Below, in pieces: positions 60,239-64,000 of a stretch of DNA of 64,000 nucleotides (its first letter is position 1; every line of letters begins with the position of its first letter). The position numbers and the translations under genes are program-made. The stretch comes from Candidatus Bathyarchaeia archaeon (GTDB taxonomy: Archaea; Thermoproteota; Bathyarchaeia; Bathyarchaeales; Bathycorpusculaceae): NCBI GenBank assembly GCA_037481775.1, contig JBBFKZ010000001.1, positions 64,001-128,000 on the forward strand, given 5' to 3'. A model generated the notes under the pieces. The model had not been told where the DNA came from. It was given only the letters and a program-made list of their open reading frames with translations, and made no database searches.

Positions 60239-61273
60239 TTGGGAGTAAACCTCCGCGACATTGTTCCAAAAACAATTGTTAGGCTAGAGGATTTAAGCGG
60301 GAAAACCATCGCTATCGACGCCTACAACGCTCTGTACCAGTTTCTCGCCATTATTCGCCAGCCAGATGGCACGCCTTTGAAAGACAGCACGGGGAAAATC
60401 ACTAGTCACTTAAGCGGCTTGTTTTACCGTACAAGCAACCTTGTGGAGATGGGTATAAAACCAATTTACGTGTTTGACGGTGCTCCCCCTGTTCTCAAGG
60501 AAGTTGAAATTAAGCGCCGAATGAGGGCGAAGGAAGAGGCTACAATCAAATATGAGCAAGCTTTAGCTCAAGGTAAGATTGAAGAAGCTCGAATGTACGC
60601 TCAAGCAACCTCGCGTTTAAGCGATTACATGGCAGAGGACAGCAAAAAGCTTCTCACCTTAATGGGTATTCCTTGGATTCAAGCGCCCAGCGAGGGAGAA
60701 GCACAAGCCGCACATTTGACTAAGCGTGGGGATTCAGATTACTGCGCAAGCCAAGACTATGATAGCTTGCTTTTTGGAGCGCCGAGGCTAATTCGAAACG
60801 TGACAATTTCTGGTAGAAGGAAGCTTCCAAGCAAAAACGTTTACATCGATGTCGTTCCTGAAGTAATCAAGTTAACTGATGTTTTGGAAGAGTGCGGCAT
60901 AACCTACGAGCAGTTAATTGATGTGGGCATACTAATCGGCACAGACTTTAATCCTGACGGCATCAAGGGCTTGGGGCCGAAAACCGCTTTAAAACTGATA
61001 AAAGAGTACGGGACGCTGGAGAAAGCCTTGCCGTATATAAAAAATGCCGAGTTTCCGCATCCGCCAGAGAAAATACGTGAAATATTTTTGCATCCCAAGG
61101 TGAGCGATGATTACGTGCTGAAGTGGCAGCAGCCAAATGTAGAGGGCATAGTGGATTTTCTAGTCGGCGAAAAAGACTTCTCCGAAGAGCGTGTAAGAAA
61201 GGCAATAGAGAAAATGCAGGAAGGAAACAGGAAGCTTGGGGGAAAAACTACGCTTGAAAAATGGTTTGGATAA
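60239..61273 (+). CDS. fen: Flap endonuclease 1
   Basis: TTG start LGVNL, AIDAYN, VFDG, EGEAQ, SQDYD, GTDFN, PIP-like TTLEKWF. Confidence 0.96.
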   Translation: MGVNLRDIVPKTIVRLEDLSGKTIAIDAYNALYQFLAIIRQPDGTPLKDSTGKITSHLSGLFYRTSNLVEMGIKPIYVFDGAPPVLKEVEIKRRMRAKEEATIKYEQALAQGKIEEARMYAQATSRLSDYMAEDSKKLLTLMGIPWIQAPSEGEAQAAHLTKRGDSDYCASQDYDSLLFGAPRLIRNVTISGRRKLPSKNVYIDVVPEVIKLTDVLEECGITYEQLIDVGILIGTDFNPDGIKGLGPKTALKLIKEYGTLEKALPYIKNAEFPHPPEKIREIFLHPKVSDDYVLKWQQPNVEGIVDFLVGEKDFSEERVRKAIEKMQEGNRKLGGKTTLEKWFG

Positions 61274-61276
61274 TTG

Positions 61277-61985
61277 CTAAAATTTTTGCCCATACTCTCC
61301 CGTTAAAGGGACAAAAGCTACTCCGCCAAGGTTTTCCTGCTTGATTTTTCCATCAGCGCTTTTCGTGATTTTTATGAGACTCTGAAACAGCGAAACACTA
61401 CCGACTGGAATTAGCATAATTCCGTGGGGTTTCAACTGGTCTATCAGAGGTTTAGGCACATCTGGCGCTGCTGCTGTAACCAAAATACGATCATACGGCG
61501 CCTTTTTATCATAACCCTTAGAGCCGTCCGCATTAATTATTGTTACCCGATCAGTATAACCTGCGATCATAAGGTTTTTTTTCGCGCTGTCCGCCAGCGC
61601 CTTAACTATCTCAACAGTATAAACATGTCCCCATTCGCTTCTAGGCGTGTCTAGTGGGGCAATTATCTCCGCTATTGTAGCGGCGTGCCAACCTGATCCG
61701 GCGCCGACTTCCAGAACTCTTTGACCGACTTCCAGTTCTAGGGCTTCGTTCATAATCGAAACCATGTGTCGCCTAGCCCAGCATTAAGCTGTGGCCATGT
61801 GGCGCAGAGATTGTTTGACCGAAGCCTATTGGAAGCGGCGTATCAGCACTGCTGTATTGTTGCATGTCTGGAGGTAGAAATTTTGCGCGTGGCACAGCGC
61901 GCATCGCTTTAATCACCTTCGGAGTTTTCAAAATGCCCTGCTTTATTAGACTGTCAACGAGTTTTCCCCATTCTGTCTTTTCCAC
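61277..61985 (-). CDS. pcm: Protein-L-isoaspartate O-methyltransferase, two exons (61985-61799 and 61767-61277; 225 aa spliced)
   Basis: VPRAKF, PIGFGQTISAPH | MV, VLEVGAGSGW, YDRILVTAA, FVPL; 187+491 nt = 226 codons. Confidence 0.92.
61768..61798 (-). other. 31-nt bulge-helix-bulge mRNA intron in pcm
   Basis: Central helix CGCC/GGCG, ACA bulge on each strand, inner stem UGGCC(A)CAGC/GCUGGGCUA; in-frame UAG within the insert. Confidence 0.85.
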
Positions 61986-62252
61986 ATCGAAGCACCACCT
62001 AGAGTATGGTGCTGTTCCTTTTTAACATATGTGGTCTTAGAAATAAGCTACTTATTCGGCTGAAATGTTTGGTGTCTCCTTTTTGTTTGCTCTCTTCAAA
62101 AATGCTGAACATAGACTCTTTTTGTATAGTGCTGAGCGCAACGATACTTTGGCTGCTCGGTTTTTATTATTACGCTGCCTTTTTGTGTACGTAAAAGTTT
62201 AAGTGTAAATCTTTTATACCCTATCGTATATGCATTAAGCGAGGAAACGGGC

Positions 62253-63008
62253 ATGTTTAAACTTAAAGTATCTGATGCTAAACTACTGCGGGATATGGTT
62301 ACCGCAATTTCCATTCTTGTAGACGAGGCTACCTTCAAAATTGATCCTGAAGGCTTAAAGCTTCGGGCGATGGATCCATCCCGCGTTGCCATGATTGATT
62401 TTGAATGGCCTAAAACAATCTTTGAAGAATACTTATGTGAAGCTTCTTCAAAAATATGCATTAACATAAGTGAATTGTTGAAGCTGCTTAAACGGGCAGG
62501 CAAAGATGAGGCAGTCGAGCTGTCATTGGACGAGAAAACTGGGCGACTGCAGATTACGATAACGGGAAAGTACAGCCGCAACTTTAATATGCCCACGCTT
62601 GAGGCTGCAGAAGAGGAAGTTCCTACCCCAAAGATAACCTTCAACGTGAAAGCTAAGGCAACCACGCAAGGGCTGAGTCAAGCCATAGAAGACGCGCAGC
62701 TGGTAAGCGATCATGTACGGATAGAGGCTGACCCGGAGAAGCTTATTCTTAACGCTTCAGGAGACTTGATGGGTGCAACGATAACGCTTCAGAAAGGAAG
62801 CGACGCCCTGCTGGATTTGGAAGTGAAAGAGAATTCGAAGGCAACGTTCAGTTTAAGCTACTTATCCGAAATAATAAAGGCGGCATCAGCCACATCGGAC
62901 ATAGCTACGCTCGAGTTCTCAACAGATATGCCTATTAGGATAGACTTCCATCAAACAAAAGAGGGCAAGCTGACGTTCTTCCTCGCGCCTAGAATTGAAA
63001 CAGAATGA
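62253..63008 (+). CDS. pcn: PCNA sliding clamp
   Basis: AMDPSRVAM, FSLSYL, FFLAPRIE. Confidence 0.96.
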   Translation: MFKLKVSDAKLLRDMVTAISILVDEATFKIDPEGLKLRAMDPSRVAMIDFEWPKTIFEEYLCEASSKICINISELLKLLKRAGKDEAVELSLDEKTGRLQITITGKYSRNFNMPTLEAAEEEVPTPKITFNVKAKATTQGLSQAIEDAQLVSDHVRIEADPEKLILNASGDLMGATITLQKGSDALLDLEVKENSKATFSLSYLSEIIKAASATSDIATLEFSTDMPIRIDFHQTKEGKLTFFLAPRIETE

Positions 63009-63018
63009 GAATTACAAA

Positions 63019-64000
63019 ATGCAAGCGGAAATGGGGCGATTCACCCAAACTGACTTGGCGAAATATCCCTTTCTAAAAGAAACCGCTGCGATTATAAAAC
63101 AGCTAGGCTTGAAAATCGAAGAATTGGCAAATCCTGATATGGCGCAAATTCTTAATCGCGCCGAAGAGCGAGTCCGAGAAGCAATTTTATCTGTTTCAGT
63201 TGGCAAAAAGCGTGAATTCGCTGTGGAGGTTCCCTCTTTCCCCGTCGCCATTATGCTAGCGATAGCAACCAAAAACTCTTTTATAAAAAAGCGTTATGCT
63301 CTAGCTGAAGCCAAACAAGCTTTCAACGATATGCAAACTGAAAGTAGCGAGAAAATTTTGGCAATTGCACGCGATTTCAATTGGAATATAACGCTGAATC
63401 GCGACTCTTCAATACCCCTTGAATTCGCTGTTAGCTTCCCTGATTACTTAAGGAACACGACGCATCTGCGGGATAAGAAGTGGAAACTTGTAAACCGCCT
63501 TTTAACAAATGGGCAAGTTTACCTAAACAAACAAGATGTTGCACGGCTTCTACAAGAAGAAGTGCGGAGGCGAATTGAAGAAAGGTTGGAAGCAACTGAA
63601 CTGCCAACCATTCCCGAGAACGTAACCGAGATAGCTGCGCAACTGTTAGCATTAGCAAAGGAGAAGATAGGCGAAGAAGAAACGGAGTTCTCCAAAGTTG
63701 TGACGCAATCAGCTTTTCCACCATGCATCGTAGCGCTTTATGAAGCTGCATCCAAAGGTCGTCATCTTTCACATGTGGGCCGCTTCACCTTGACCTCTTT
63801 CCTAGTAAATATTGGCATGTCGCCGGAAAAAGTGGCAGAATTATTCAAGAGTTTCTCAGACTATAATGAAAGACTAACGCGTTATCAAATTGAGCATATC
63901 GCCGGAGAAAGAGGCTCCAGAACGCGATATACTCCCCCTCAATGTACTACTTTACAGACCCACAGTGTTTGCGTCAACCCTGATGTTTTGTGCAGGCGCA
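63019..64000 (+). CDS. priL: DNA primase large subunit PriL (runs off window)
   Basis: Manual translation: DLAKYPF...RYALAEAK...FPPCI...HVGRF...TRYQIEHIAG...YTPPQC..L..HSVC. Confidence 0.92.
   Translation, partial: MQAEMGRFTQTDLAKYPFLKETAAIIKQLGLKIEELANPDMAQILNRAEERVREAILSVSVGKKREFAVEVPSFPVAIMLAIATKNSFIKKRYALAEAKQAFNDMQTESSEKILAIARDFNWNITLNRDSSIPLEFAVSFPDYLRNTTHLRDKKWKLVNRLLTNGQVYLNKQDVARLLQEEVRRRIEERLEATELPTIPENVTEIAAQLLALAKEKIGEEETEFSKVVTQSAFPPCIVALYEAASKGRHLSHVGRFTLTSFLVNIGMSPEKVAELFKSFSDYNERLTRYQIEHIAGERGSRTRYTPPQCTTLQTHSVCVNPDVLCRR

Noticed and set aside
61773-61985. Treating the 70-aa and 162-aa pcm ORFs as two genes or a pseudogene
   Set aside because: Precise BHB geometry and exact frame restoration fit an intron better; both halves are undegraded
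1-64000. tRNA, rRNA or SRP RNA genes
   Set aside because: No GC-rich structured intergenic segment or cloverleaf seen by eye; a covariance search was not run

Overview
Archaeal chromosomal core region, most likely Bathyarchaeia (inferred from PolD DP1/DP2 together with Elf1, Rpo4/Rpo12, group II GGGP synthase, Sec61beta and many TTG/GTG starts). It is mostly housekeeping genes for replication (RFC, PolD, Cdc6, FEN1, PCNA, PriL), translation and RNA modification (L10e, L21e, aIF5A, aEF1beta, SRP54, Pus10, KsgA, Tyw1, Trm5, Nob1), chaperones, NAD synthesis and glycogen metabolism, plus a Cdc6-adjacent origin with ORB boxes. Four things stand out. (1) The pcm gene is interrupted by a 31-nt insert that folds into a canonical bulge-helix-bulge; cutting by the EndA rule restores the conserved SAPHM motif, so this looks like an mRNA intron in a gene other than cbf5. 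(2) Next to oriC sits an uncharacterised module: arrays of 7-bp-phased ATCAC repeats around an HTH gene and a membrane-anchored coiled-coil wHTH gene, a NurA-HerA pair without Mre11/Rad50, and a further wHTH gene; this is a candidate chromosome tethering or segregation system. (3) An unannotated C/D-box guide sRNA lies between aIF5A and SRP54. (4) Genes missed or split by the ORF track: Sec61beta, an ATC-started wHTH and a frameshifted nitrilase. All calls come from motif recognition by eye; no database searches were run.
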